From IMG/VR virus record IMGVR_UViG_3300037493_003528, positions 1-64,000 of that record: 64,000 bases of DNA; one strand, given 5' to 3'. This DNA is from a virus. Within the stretch, counting starts at the first letter, position 1. Each line of letters opens with the position of its first letter. The position numbers were made by a program, and so were the translations under genes. Below, piece after piece: positions 10,122 through 19,480 of the stretch. The notes below the pieces were generated by a model that saw only the letters and a list, made by a program, of their open reading frames with translations, searched no databases and had not been told where the DNA came from.

Positions 10122-10612
10122 GTGAGATAACTATTATAGGTATAGATCCAGGGAAGCATGGTGGTATAGCAATTGTCAATGATGATTTTGTGAGAGTTAT
10201 CCCAATTCCATTGGCAGGTGATGATGTTGATTTAGCTGGTATTCATACTTGGTTGTGTGAGTATGTTCCTTTTAGTAGAAAGCATAATACTGTCATTGCA
10301 TATATTGAGAAGGTTGGTGCTATGCCAAAGCAGGGAGTTACATCAATGTTTTCATTTGGTTTTACAACTGGTGCACTCCATGGTATAGTTGCAGCAATGA
10401 TGATACCACGGTTTATGGTAACACCGCAAGCGTGGAAGAAAGAAATTCTGGTTGGTACTGCAAAAGACAAGAACTCAGCGATAGAATATTGTAGGAGAGT
10501 TTACCCAAATGTTTCGTTGATGGCTACTGATAGATCCAAAACTTGCCATGATGGTATGGCTGATGCATTATGTATAGCATGCTTTGGTGTTTTACAACAT
10601 GGCAATATTTGA
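10118..10612 (+). CDS. RuvC-like Holliday junction resolvase
   Basis: IGIDPGKHGG, YIEKV, SMFSFG, PQAWKK, DGMADALCIA. Confidence 0.88.
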   Translation: MSEITIIGIDPGKHGGIAIVNDDFVRVIPIPLAGDDVDLAGIHTWLCEYVPFSRKHNTVIAYIEKVGAMPKQGVTSMFSFGFTTGALHGIVAAMMIPRFMVTPQAWKKEILVGTAKDKNSAIEYCRRVYPNVSLMATDRSKTCHDGMADALCIACFGVLQHGNI

Positions 10613-11297
10613 TACAAATGCAGTTTTGGATCTTGTAAATAGTTACAACAAAACTAAATCAGATGAAACAGCTGAGCTTATTTTGGAATTGTGCAATCCT
10701 CTTATGGTTTACATTATTAATATTTACAATACAGTTGATAATGATGATGTTTTGCAAGAAGTATCAATAAAGTTGTTAGCATCATTGAAGAGTTACAATG
10801 GTGATAAAGGAAGCGTTCATACGTATTTCTCACGAGTTATACGTAATTGTTGCATAACATATTATCATAAACATATTGCTAAGGAAACTCATTACGATTT
10901 GGATGATGAAACAATTAATTTTGGTGTATACATAAATGAGAATGTAATTTTGCAAGGTTTGATGAAGCGCAACAAAGTGAGATTTCCCAGTGTAGAATGT
11001 ATAGATGAAATAACCGAAATTGTTTATGCGTCTATAAATGAGGGATTGGATAAGGGTCGGACATTAGTAAGGGAAATATCGAATAAGTACGGTTTGTCTA
11101 GGGATAATTCGTTGGTTATATATAGTAGTTCTTTGGTGTATTTGAGAATGTTACTATACAATGATTGTAATAATAATAATAATTATGATTATTTATTAGA
11201 TGAGTTTTCGTTATCAGGTGAGATAAGGGAAGTTTTGGGTGATGAAATATTCAATAAGCTGATAAATATATTCTATGGTTTGATAGTCCATTTATGA
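10599..11297 (+). CDS. sigma-70-like (region 2) phage transcription factor
   Basis: DDVLQEVSIKLLASLKSYNGDKGSVHTYFSRVIRN resembles sigma region 2; no obvious canonical region 4. Confidence 0.6.
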   Translation: MAIFDTNAVLDLVNSYNKTKSDETAELILELCNPLMVYIINIYNTVDNDDVLQEVSIKLLASLKSYNGDKGSVHTYFSRVIRNCCITYYHKHIAKETHYDLDDETINFGVYINENVILQGLMKRNKVRFPSVECIDEITEIVYASINEGLDKGRTLVREISNKYGLSRDNSLVIYSSSLVYLRMLLYNDCNNNNNYDYLLDEFSLSGEIREVLGDEIFNKLINIFYGLIVHL

Positions 11298-11306
11298 GAG
11301 GTTATT

Positions 11307-12008
11307 ATGCCTGTTTCAAAAAAAGAATGTAAAAAGATTCGTGAAGTTGAGGGTATGCAGGGAGGAATAACTTATTACATTACTCACAAAGATTATACTG
11401 AAGAAACGGCTCTTTGTTTTAGATTGATACGAGATCCAAATAAGCAGGATGAGGAGAAAACATTACGTTGTGCTAATCATGCTGGGATGGGGACAGAGCA
11501 TGTTGGTAGTGGTGCTTGTAAGTACCATGGTGGTGCATCAACATCAGTGATAAATACAATAAAAACTGGTAAAGGTGCTGTCATGACACGGAAGTCATTG
11601 TCTGATAAAATTGATACATACTTAGGTGAGGACAGTGAGAAGTTATTTGATCTATCAAAAGAACTTGCTGCAATGCGTGCGGTATTCGAAGAATTTATGG
11701 AGACGTTTGCTTCTCCAACAGATGAGGCAAAATATTCTGGTGATTTGTATAGGTTGGTAAACCTTGTTGGAACAGTAGGAACGTTGGTTGATAAGATATC
11801 AAGGATAAATTCACGTAATACATTGACAAGCGCACAAGTTTTGTATATTAGAGCAACAGTGGCTGATATCTTGGTTAAGTACTTACGGGATCCAATTCAG
11901 CGGGAGATGGCAGTGAAGGAACTAACAAGCAGGGTCACAGGTAATGAGTTACCAGATTACAATTTAGTGAAACGTGAAAAATGGGAATCTGTTGAGAAGG
12001 AGGAGTGA
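11307..12008 (+). CDS. HGG-motif protein, probable terminase small subunit
   Basis: RCANHAGMGTEHVGSGACKYHGG motif followed by helical region, as in TerS-like proteins of monoderm-host phages. Confidence 0.55.
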   Translation: MPVSKKECKKIREVEGMQGGITYYITHKDYTEETALCFRLIRDPNKQDEEKTLRCANHAGMGTEHVGSGACKYHGGASTSVINTIKTGKGAVMTRKSLSDKIDTYLGEDSEKLFDLSKELAAMRAVFEEFMETFASPTDEAKYSGDLYRLVNLVGTVGTLVDKISRINSRNTLTSAQVLYIRATVADILVKYLRDPIQREMAVKELTSRVTGNELPDYNLVKREKWESVEKEE

Positions 12009-12310
12009 TGGATGAAAAAACAGCACAGGAATTTTTTATCAAAGCAGTGGCAGACGTGGCAAGTAATCCTTACGAGCGCATCAAAGAACTGGAAGTCAAT
12101 CTCAATGCACTCCAAACAAAATACGAGGAACTGGTGGATGACTATCAGGAACTTGAAGCGGATATAACAATTCGGGATAGAGCATTAGTTAGGCGTAATA
12201 ACGAGATTGCCCGCCTGATGGATTATTGCATCAGTATAAATGAATACCCTGAGCAGGTTACTAGAATACTGTTAGATTGGTGTAAAGCTGATAAGGAGGA
12301 AGAGCAATGA
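12005..12310 (+). CDS. coiled-coil hypothetical protein
   Basis: Heptad pattern; RBS GGAGGAG. Confidence 0.6.
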   Translation: MMDEKTAQEFFIKAVADVASNPYERIKELEVNLNALQTKYEELVDDYQELEADITIRDRALVRRNNEIARLMDYCISINEYPEQVTRILLDWCKADKEEEQ

Positions 12311-12573
12311 AATACACAACCGTTCCGCACATAGTTGTTGATGCTACATGCATTGAAAAGTCTGAGTATTTTGGTAAGTCACTTATTATTCAAGGTGATT
12401 ACTTAGTAACAATTCCTATTGGTGTAAATGGTGTTGTTTTCAATATGCCACATGAATTATTCGATGCATTATTCGATAGGCAGTATTCGTGTTTGCAGGA
12501 ATTCATCGATGACAAAAAAGGAAAATATTCAGATGAAGTTCTTGATTGTTTAATTGATAATTGGGAGAAGTGA
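12307..12573 (+). CDS. hypothetical protein
   Basis: Coupled ORF with RBS. Confidence 0.55.
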   Translation: MKYTTVPHIVVDATCIEKSEYFGKSLIIQGDYLVTIPIGVNGVVFNMPHELFDALFDRQYSCLQEFIDDKKGKYSDEVLDCLIDNWEK

Positions 12574-12574
12574 A

Positions 12575-13114
12575 ATGGAAAATGAATCTATGACGTTACC
12601 TAAGGAAGTTATGGTAAAATACATGCAGTCAATTTTCGTCGAGACAGGGACATTCGATGGTCGCACTGTTCAGATGGCACTGGATTGTGGTTGTATGGTA
12701 GTTTATTCAATTGAAACAGATAACGGTTTGTTTTCAGAAGTGAGTGTACGATTTCGTGGTAATTCTCATGTTCATTTGTTTCATGGTGATTCGTTGGATT
12801 GTCTTGGTTTTATATTACAAGAAATAAAAGAACGTAAAGCGTTGATATGGTTGGATGCACATATACAGGATTCATACGAGTGGGGTAAGGTTGCTGTACC
12901 AATTATCAAAGAGTTAAATATCTTTGCAAGCGCAGATTATTTACAACACACGATTATGATGGATGATATGAGACTGGCTGGAAATGCATATGGATGGCAG
13001 GGAATTTCGTATCAAAACATAACAGATGCTGTATTGAATATTAACAAGGATTACCAACTGTGTTTGGAAGATAGTAAGGTAGCTGCTGCGGATATTTTGG
13101 TTGCTCATATATAA
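12575..13114 (+). CDS. class I SAM-dependent methyltransferase-like protein
   Basis: FVETGTFDG, YSIE, GDS, WLDAH, MDDMR. Confidence 0.75.
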   Translation: MENESMTLPKEVMVKYMQSIFVETGTFDGRTVQMALDCGCMVVYSIETDNGLFSEVSVRFRGNSHVHLFHGDSLDCLGFILQEIKERKALIWLDAHIQDSYEWGKVAVPIIKELNIFASADYLQHTIMMDDMRLAGNAYGWQGISYQNITDAVLNINKDYQLCLEDSKVAAADILVAHI

Positions 13115-13121
13115 GGTGATA

Positions 13122-13319
13122 ATGTATAACATTGTTGATAAAAATGTAGTCATTGTGCATCCAGAGAATGTTGATGATGCTAATAAAATTAATGGTTTGG
13201 TTTTGAGTGGTAGTATTGTGTTAGAGGAAATTGGTGTTGGTGCAAAAAATAATACCATAAAGAAAGTAATATATATTCGCAGTGAGGTTATAAGAGAAGA
13301 GATTTTTGTAGGAAGTTAA
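13122..13319 (+). CDS. hypothetical protein
   Basis: RBS AAGGTG and ATG at 13122. Confidence 0.45.
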   Translation: MYNIVDKNVVIVHPENVDDANKINGLVLSGSIVLEEIGVGAKNNTIKKVIYIRSEVIREEIFVGS

Positions 13320-13332
13320 GGTATATTTATTT

Positions 13333-15399
13333 ATGTCTATCATCATCACAATGAAATCTTTTAAGGGTCATAAAGGTATTCCTGGCCATCAAGGAGGATC
13401 GTTAGCTAGGAAGTATGAATCCAATGTGCAACTTGGTGAAGGTACTCAAAGTACACCACCTAGAACTGGTGATGTTCCAAAACCAATATTCGAAATACAC
13501 GATGCACGTAAATTAATGAGTAACTTTTATTCTGTAGCAGTTTGTATTCGTGGTGAAAATTTAGGTCGTATAATTGCTGTTAATGCAGATTTCAATCATA
13601 GTTATATGTTACATCAGGCAGGACTAAAAACATCGATAGATGACTGGGTAAGGTTTACTGTTGCAAAAAGAACAGATGGAGGGCAAATTTTATTGGGGGA
13701 TTATTACTTTGCTGGTCAAAAAGTAGTGCAAGGAGAAGATAAGATTTCTGCAATGAATAATATTTATATGGCTTGTGATTATCTAATAGCTGCAGGATTA
13801 TCAGATGATACACCATTGGGAATTACATCCAATTTTCGTAATATGTTGGAACTGACTGTTCATAAAGAGATAGAACTGAAATCGTTTCCTAAGCACAAAG
13901 GTATTCTTGGTCATCAGGGTGGCTCATTAGCCAGAAATGCAGTACAGGAACAACCAGTAACCAATAACAATAAAAATAAATGTCAATTTCCTGGGCAACG
14001 GCTCACGTTAATGGAGCAATTGATTTACGATGATATGACAGATCTTGGAACAGACTTCAAATATTCTACATACGATTCTTCATACACGAATCCTCCACCT
14101 GGAAGTCCTGGATTTGAATTGCGATTAATGACGAAGGTTAGTAAGATTTTACAAGAAACACCTAATAACGATTTTGTGGTGCATCAACGATATATTGGCA
14201 AAGACGGTTATTGTGAGTACGTTAAAGATGATAAGGGTGCGTACATATCATTGCCTGTTTCGAAGGATGATATGCTGTTATTCAAGGAAAAGGTTCATAA
14301 ACTTGTAAGAAACAGGGGTGAAAATATAATACGGGAGTTAGGTTTACCACCCGATCTTGATACACTGGTTAGTGAACTAAAATATACAGGTGATTTTCGA
14401 TCTTATGAATTTCAAGATAAATTGCAGAAAATGGTTGATAAAACAGATTTAACTGGTTACACGAGAGATGAGATACAATATCTCATACCGTATTATTATG
14501 AATGGAAGAATAAGGAAAAGATTGGATTACATTGGGAAGATGACTATCCTGATAATGATGTTAAAAATAAGGATTTTGACCACATGTTGGGCACGGTTGG
14601 TTACACCTTTACCGATGAATATGACTTTCAAGTGAAGCATCAGATAGCTCTTGGTAACTTGGATCCCGATTTCGTTAGTTTTCATTTATTAGCTCCTAAT
14701 CTTGCACGTCCGCAAAGTTCTGCCACTGGTAAGTGGGAATTATTACCATCGGTAATGTATCATTGCGCAACCAATGCTGGAGCTATTATGGCTACACAGT
14801 TGAAATCTCGTAGGGAATTGGGAATGAGAAATGGTACAGGTTTGGGTGGGGGAGAGGATGATACAATATCAATTGGTGTAAGTGAGGAAGTTATCAAGAA
14901 TGTCGAGCGTAGCATACACGAAGCACATGCTGTTGTGACAGGTAAGATTAAGTTTGCAGATTTGCTTCATGCTATGAAAGTTGGTGCTGGAGCAAATGGT
15001 GTACCATTCGGACTAACAACTGAGCCTGCTTGGTATCAAAATATTTTGGATATGGAAAATGGAATTGTTCCTGAAGACAAACCAGGACAATTGATAGAAA
15101 AGATATGGGATTTCTATCATCTTGATTTTGTTGGATATAGGCAAGGAGCTGGTGGTTACGAGAATCCTGTGTTTTTTGGAACAGATTATAAAGCGTTAGC
15201 AAAGTTGGATCCAACAGAGTTCAAGGTTATAAAGTTATCTCCAGCTAATCCAAATGCTAAAGGTAGTAGGATGAACTCGATGACAGAATGGCGATTGATT
15301 GGTGGTGACACTGTAAAAATGGATGAAGTTATTGATTACTACGGACCTGAAGATTATGATGAGATTTTAGGTTATTATCAGAAAGGAGTGCCTAGATGA
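13333..15399 (+). CDS. leader-tagged polyprotein: two leader copies, unknown domain(s) and C-terminal ADP-ribosyltransferase-like domain
   Basis: Leader at the N-terminus and again at 13867-13935 (IELKSFPKHKGILGHQGGSLAR). C-terminal MYHCATNAGAIMATQLKSR...TISIG...EWRL resembles ART-fold H/S/E motifs. Confidence 0.6.
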   Translation: MSIIITMKSFKGHKGIPGHQGGSLARKYESNVQLGEGTQSTPPRTGDVPKPIFEIHDARKLMSNFYSVAVCIRGENLGRIIAVNADFNHSYMLHQAGLKTSIDDWVRFTVAKRTDGGQILLGDYYFAGQKVVQGEDKISAMNNIYMACDYLIAAGLSDDTPLGITSNFRNMLELTVHKEIELKSFPKHKGILGHQGGSLARNAVQEQPVTNNNKNKCQFPGQRLTLMEQLIYDDMTDLGTDFKYSTYDSSYTNPPPGSPGFELRLMTKVSKILQETPNNDFVVHQRYIGKDGYCEYVKDDKGAYISLPVSKDDMLLFKEKVHKLVRNRGENIIRELGLPPDLDTLVSELKYTGDFRSYEFQDKLQKMVDKTDLTGYTRDEIQYLIPYYYEWKNKEKIGLHWEDDYPDNDVKNKDFDHMLGTVGYTFTDEYDFQVKHQIALGNLDPDFVSFHLLAPNLARPQSSATGKWELLPSVMYHCATNAGAIMATQLKSRRELGMRNGTGLGGGEDDTISIGVSEEVIKNVERSIHEAHAVVTGKIKFADLLHAMKVGAGANGVPFGLTTEPAWYQNILDMENGIVPEDKPGQLIEKIWDFYHLDFVGYRQGAGGYENPVFFGTDYKALAKLDPTEFKVIKLSPANPNAKGSRMNSMTEWRLIGGDTVKMDEVIDYYGPEDYDEILGYYQKGVPR

Positions 15400-15815
15400 C
15401 TGAAGAAAATGTAGCATTAACTGGCGTGCCGTTGAGTATTGATGCATCTGTCATAAGTTCAGGTGGTATTCAGGAAAGAGTTTTCGTTAATAGGATGCAG
15501 ATTTTAGCATTCTTTTCTCGTACGCAAGTTCGGGAAAGTGGTTTGATTGTTGATAGATTGGAAGGGATAGCCATCAGAACTCACATACCTACTAAGTGGG
15601 TAGGTAACGGTGGTGATATGTCTTTTCGCAATTTTATCATAAATTACATGTTCGATTTCAATAAGGAAAAGTTTGATGAAAATAATGAAAAACATTGGGA
15701 TTTTATATTAAAGATATTCCAACCTGGATTTACACGTTTCTGGATACAGGTATTTTCAGAGAAAGAATTTTCAGTGCTTATGGAACTAAATCCAGATTGG
15801 GATCTTAAGGAATGA
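15396..15815 (+). CDS. hypothetical protein without leader (possible partner/immunity protein)
   Basis: ATGA-coupled to the preceding effector; aromatic-rich. Confidence 0.55.
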   Translation: MTEENVALTGVPLSIDASVISSGGIQERVFVNRMQILAFFSRTQVRESGLIVDRLEGIAIRTHIPTKWVGNGGDMSFRNFIINYMFDFNKEKFDENNEKHWDFILKIFQPGFTRFWIQVFSEKEFSVLMELNPDWDLKE

Positions 15816-16603
15816 AACAACCAATTGTCATAGTTTATAAAGGTGGTAAAGGTAGTGGATTCAAGAACCATCTTAGTAAACCAGGACACTATGGTGGCTC
15901 ATTACCACGTGGTGAGATGCAAGAACAGAAATCTGAACGGTTTATTGTTCCAAAAGAGGCGTGGTATATTGATGAAAGTAGACCAAATTGTAAAAGAGTT
16001 TATGTTCAGGCATGGGTTGATTCGTTGTCAGAAAGAGGTTGGGATGTTCGTGATATCATAGAAAAATCGTTACATGCTGGTGTATTACCACAAGCTTATT
16101 CAAGGGAATATGTCCCTGATTGGGGTGAAGTGACTGAAAAGGAATACACTGTTTGGAGAGCTGGTAAGTTGGATAAGAAGGATGAAGGTATATATTTTGG
16201 TCCAGATATGGAAGAGATAAGAATGTATTCAACAAATAATGGTGCTGATATAAAAAGTTACACAATAAAATTACATAATCCAAAAACATATCTTGATAAG
16301 AATGAAGCCATGTTGGATTTGTTTCCGAATTGTGTATCTGAGGCAAAGATAGAAAAGAAGCGTCGAGAGTATGGTTATGATTGGAATGCAACTGTTAAGT
16401 TGATGCCACATTTGTGGGAAATTCAAGATGCAGGTTATCGTGGTGCAGATGTTGTTAAAGTTAATAGGCAATTGGATGCTCGTATTGCTAAAGCACTAAA
16501 TAAGCGTGGTTATGATTCAATGGTTTTACTTAAACCTGAACCGCCATGTTCACGAGAAATAATGTTGATTGATCCAATAAAGAATTTGGTGCAAAATGAT
16601 TGA
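15812..16603 (+). CDS. leader-tagged ART-PolyVal-like ADP-ribosyltransferase
   Basis: Variant leader IVIVYKGGKGSGFKNHLSKPGHYGGSLPR. VWRAG...GIYFG...Y.IKLHNP...GYDSMV...EIMLIDP matches the polyvalent-protein ART pattern. Confidence 0.6.
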   Translation: MKQPIVIVYKGGKGSGFKNHLSKPGHYGGSLPRGEMQEQKSERFIVPKEAWYIDESRPNCKRVYVQAWVDSLSERGWDVRDIIEKSLHAGVLPQAYSREYVPDWGEVTEKEYTVWRAGKLDKKDEGIYFGPDMEEIRMYSTNNGADIKSYTIKLHNPKTYLDKNEAMLDLFPNCVSEAKIEKKRREYGYDWNATVKLMPHLWEIQDAGYRGADVVKVNRQLDARIAKALNKRGYDSMVLLKPEPPCSREIMLIDPIKNLVQND

Positions 16604-17615
16604 TGTTATTGATAACATAAAAAGCATGTTGGTAAATCCAGATAATGCTGAATTTATTGAGCGTATATTATTATCAGGAATGAAATTTAATGGTAATAAA
16701 CCTATCACTATTACCATGAAATCTTTTAAGGGTCATAAAGGAATTCCTGGTCATCAAGGCGGTTCATTAGCTAGAAACGAAACTTGGCAATCAGGTAAGA
16801 CTGAAGCGCAAAAGATAAAAATATTAACCAATGGAAAATTAACTCCTGATTCTAATGTTAGATACATTAAGGGAATCACAAAAAGCATGATTTGTAATGT
16901 GGCTGGTAATGGACGAGTTATTATCAAAGGTGATGATGTTTTGTCCAGTGTTCTTAATCCAATTGCGATGGTTGCCAATGAAAAGTTGGCATATGATGTT
17001 TCTGTGGCTATGGGATTTGATAGATTGGTTCCAACAACAGTTGTCAGAATGTTGGATGAGGATATCGTGGAAGATATTAGTCAAAGTACAGGTACTCATC
17101 GTAATCCAGTTGTGTATAGGAAGGGTAACGTTGTTTCTATGCAGGAATGGATAGAAAATTCAATTGCACCATATGAGATTTACCATCAACAATATTCAGG
17201 TACATTACCAATTCCTGGTGCGTATGCAGAAGGTGAGTTTATCAAGATGGGTGTATTGGATTCTATAATAGGTAATGGTGATAGACATTCTAATAATTCT
17301 GTATTTTTGGTTGATCAAAAGACTGGTGAGATAACAAATGTTTATGCCATAGATCATAACTTGATAAGAGGTTTGTATAATAATACTATTGATGCTGTTA
17401 GAAGAGCAAAGCAAAGTTATTCAGAATCAAGTGGTAAATTTAATTTTGATTTTGTTATACCAAATTCTATGTGTGATACATTAAGAGAAAAGTGCAGCAC
17501 TGATGGTGAAATATATAATTTATTCAAATCTGATGGTGATACAAGATATATGATGGATAGGGTTGATGATTTGTTGCGAATATATGGTGATGGGAAATTT
17601 CTCGATAGAATCTGA
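16596..17615 (+). CDS. leader-tagged PI3/PI4-kinase / HipA-like kinase
   Basis: Leader at 16704-16775. NEKLAYDVS, LVPTTVVR, SMQEW, LDSIIGNGDRHSNN, AIDHNL. Confidence 0.75.
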   Translation: MIDVIDNIKSMLVNPDNAEFIERILLSGMKFNGNKPITITMKSFKGHKGIPGHQGGSLARNETWQSGKTEAQKIKILTNGKLTPDSNVRYIKGITKSMICNVAGNGRVIIKGDDVLSSVLNPIAMVANEKLAYDVSVAMGFDRLVPTTVVRMLDEDIVEDISQSTGTHRNPVVYRKGNVVSMQEWIENSIAPYEIYHQQYSGTLPIPGAYAEGEFIKMGVLDSIIGNGDRHSNNSVFLVDQKTGEITNVYAIDHNLIRGLYNNTIDAVRRAKQSYSESSGKFNFDFVIPNSMCDTLREKCSTDGEIYNLFKSDGDTRYMMDRVDDLLRIYGDGKFLDRI

Positions 17616-17643
17616 ACGAATTATTCGTTGTTTTGTTATGCGA

Positions 17644-17654
17644 CAAGTTTAGTA
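17644..17654 (+). promoter_or_regulatory. CAAGTTTAGTA motif copy 3
   Basis: Intergenic, 15 nt before ATG 17670. Confidence 0.55.
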
Positions 17655-17669
17655 TGTTAGGAATATAAT

Positions 17670-18251
17670 ATGAATAAGTTGATACTGAGAAGGAAATATT
17701 TTAGAGGGCACAAGGGTCGTCCAGGATTTGAAGGTGGCTCAGTGCCACGCAGTGCTGGTAAGGTCATACCAGATTTTAAGGTTACTGGTAGAGATGAAAA
17801 TGGTATGAGTGCTGGTGATAGACACAGATTTGAATTGACGAAATACTTGCGTCAGGTGAAGAAGGTTGGATCCCGCAGTAGTACCGAATCAGTTGTTTGT
17901 GATTATGGTCATTTCTCTTTTCCTAAAGGTGAACTACCAGCTAAATATAAACTTGGTAAATCGAAAGAATGTTTTAGGAATGCTATGCGATTGGCAGAGC
18001 AGCACCCTGAATTAACTTATGTAGAGGGATTCGCATTCCCTGATTTTATGGATATTCCTATACATCATGCGTGGTGTGTTGATAAGAATAATTTAGTGAT
18101 AGATAATACGTGGCCTAAGATAGGAACAGTTTACAAGGGTATACGATTTGATATTGATTTTATCTACAAAGTTCAAATGGAAACTGAGACGTATGGTGTT
18201 ATTGATTTTAGTAGTAAGTTTTTTCGTGATGCATATCCACCAAAGGTATAA
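17670..18251 (+). CDS. leader-tagged papain/transglutaminase-like Cys-His-Asp enzyme
   Basis: Leader LILRRKYFRGHKGRPGFEGGSVPR; KECFRNA, YVEGFA, HHAWCVD, VIDNTW. Confidence 0.7.
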   Translation: MNKLILRRKYFRGHKGRPGFEGGSVPRSAGKVIPDFKVTGRDENGMSAGDRHRFELTKYLRQVKKVGSRSSTESVVCDYGHFSFPKGELPAKYKLGKSKECFRNAMRLAEQHPELTYVEGFAFPDFMDIPIHHAWCVDKNNLVIDNTWPKIGTVYKGIRFDIDFIYKVQMETETYGVIDFSSKFFRDAYPPKV

Positions 18252-18260
18252 TAAACCAGA

Positions 18261-18392
18261 ATGAAACTAATTGTAAAAACAAAATCGTTTCCTGGACATA
18301 AGGGTATTATAGGTCATCAAGGCGGTTCGTTACCTAAGAATTTAGAAATGGAGGTAAGAAATGAAAATAACTTTAAGAACAAAATCTTTTAA
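18261..18392 (+). CDS. leader-only mini-ORF (43 aa, not in ORF track)
   Basis: Hand translation: MKLIVKTKSFPGHKGIIGHQGGSLPKNLEMEVRNENNFKNKIF*. Confidence 0.55.
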   Translation: MKLIVKTKSFPGHKGIIGHQGGSLPKNLEMEVRNENNFKNKIF

Positions 18393-18762
18393 GGGTCATA
18401 AAGGAATTCCTGGTCATCGGGGTGGATCGTTATCACGAGCGGATGCTGGTAGCACTGATAAATTATTAAGAGATGAACAGCATGAATTAGAGCGTAGTTT
18501 TGACTACTTGAGAACAAATACAAATAGTTGGGCAGTACGAGATAACATAAAAACATTATCAAACAAATATCTTGATACAAAACTTTATACTATCGATAAG
18601 AAGACTGCACTAAAGAACGTTGCCAAATTACAGAAAATTATGAAGTTGGATATGATGGATAACGAGGATTTTGTAATTTTAGATATAGCATCAGAGTTTG
18701 ATGGTAATGGTTATGGTGAGTATCCTGACTACATGAATGAAGGGGAAGAGGACAACAATTGA
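18361..18762 (+). CDS. leader-tagged protein, unknown helical/acidic cargo
   Basis: MKITLRTKSFKGHKGIPGHRGGSLSR; RBS GGAGGT. Confidence 0.75.
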   Translation: MKITLRTKSFKGHKGIPGHRGGSLSRADAGSTDKLLRDEQHELERSFDYLRTNTNSWAVRDNIKTLSNKYLDTKLYTIDKKTALKNVAKLQKIMKLDMMDNEDFVILDIASEFDGNGYGEYPDYMNEGEEDNN

Positions 18763-19322
18763 AACTAGTAATAAGAACTAAATCGTTTCCTGACCATAAA
18801 GGTATTCCTGGACATCAAGGAGGAAGTCTTCCAAAAATTCAAGGAATGCAAAGAAATCTTCCGTTCCCGGAGATAACTGTTGAGCAGGATCAAAATCATT
18901 TTACTGTTCCATGTGAAGGGACAGAGGACATTGATTACAGCAATGCTCAGGATTGGATATGGCACGAGAATGGTTCAAGAATGGTACAGCCAAATTGGTT
19001 CCATGAAATAAAGAGACCGACACCTGCTGAAATGGAACAGATTAAGACAATCGTTAAAGCAGAGCAGGGAAGTTTGGATCAGGAGCATAATACCAATTCT
19101 GCATATGATTCCTATGAATATGTAAGACTTTGGAAGGGTAAGGATTACATAGCTCAGAGACGTATAGTGGTTAGCAAGGATTATCCAACCGACGTAATAG
19201 CGTGGACTGATGGATTATTCTGCAGATGTCCTTATTGTAAGGGACCTACGCTCGAGCCTGATTGGGAGAAAGTGTATAATGCATGCGACAGTTGTGGTAT
19301 TGAATACATTCTTAAGGAATGA
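18759..19322 (+). CDS. leader-tagged protein with C-terminal Zn ribbon
   Basis: TTG start; KLVIRTKSFPDHKGIPGHQGGSLPK; CPYC...CDSC. Confidence 0.75.
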   Translation: MKLVIRTKSFPDHKGIPGHQGGSLPKIQGMQRNLPFPEITVEQDQNHFTVPCEGTEDIDYSNAQDWIWHENGSRMVQPNWFHEIKRPTPAEMEQIKTIVKAEQGSLDQEHNTNSAYDSYEYVRLWKGKDYIAQRRIVVSKDYPTDVIAWTDGLFCRCPYCKGPTLEPDWEKVYNACDSCGIEYILKE

Positions 19323-19480
19323 TTTATGAAATTAAGGGATTACGTAAAAGAGATAGGAAATTCGTTCCGAACCATAGTAGTAAGAAATGGTTATATTGAG
19401 GCAAGATTATAATGGTGGAGCGACGAATAATTCGTGAAAGCCGTGGAAATGGTAAGATACTCTAAATGGAGTAACGAATA

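Noticed and set aside
19326-19412. 28-aa ORF MKLRDYVKEIGNSFRT... as a further leader copy
   Set aside because: Only a faint resemblance (MKL...SF); it lacks the HxGxPGHxGGS core.
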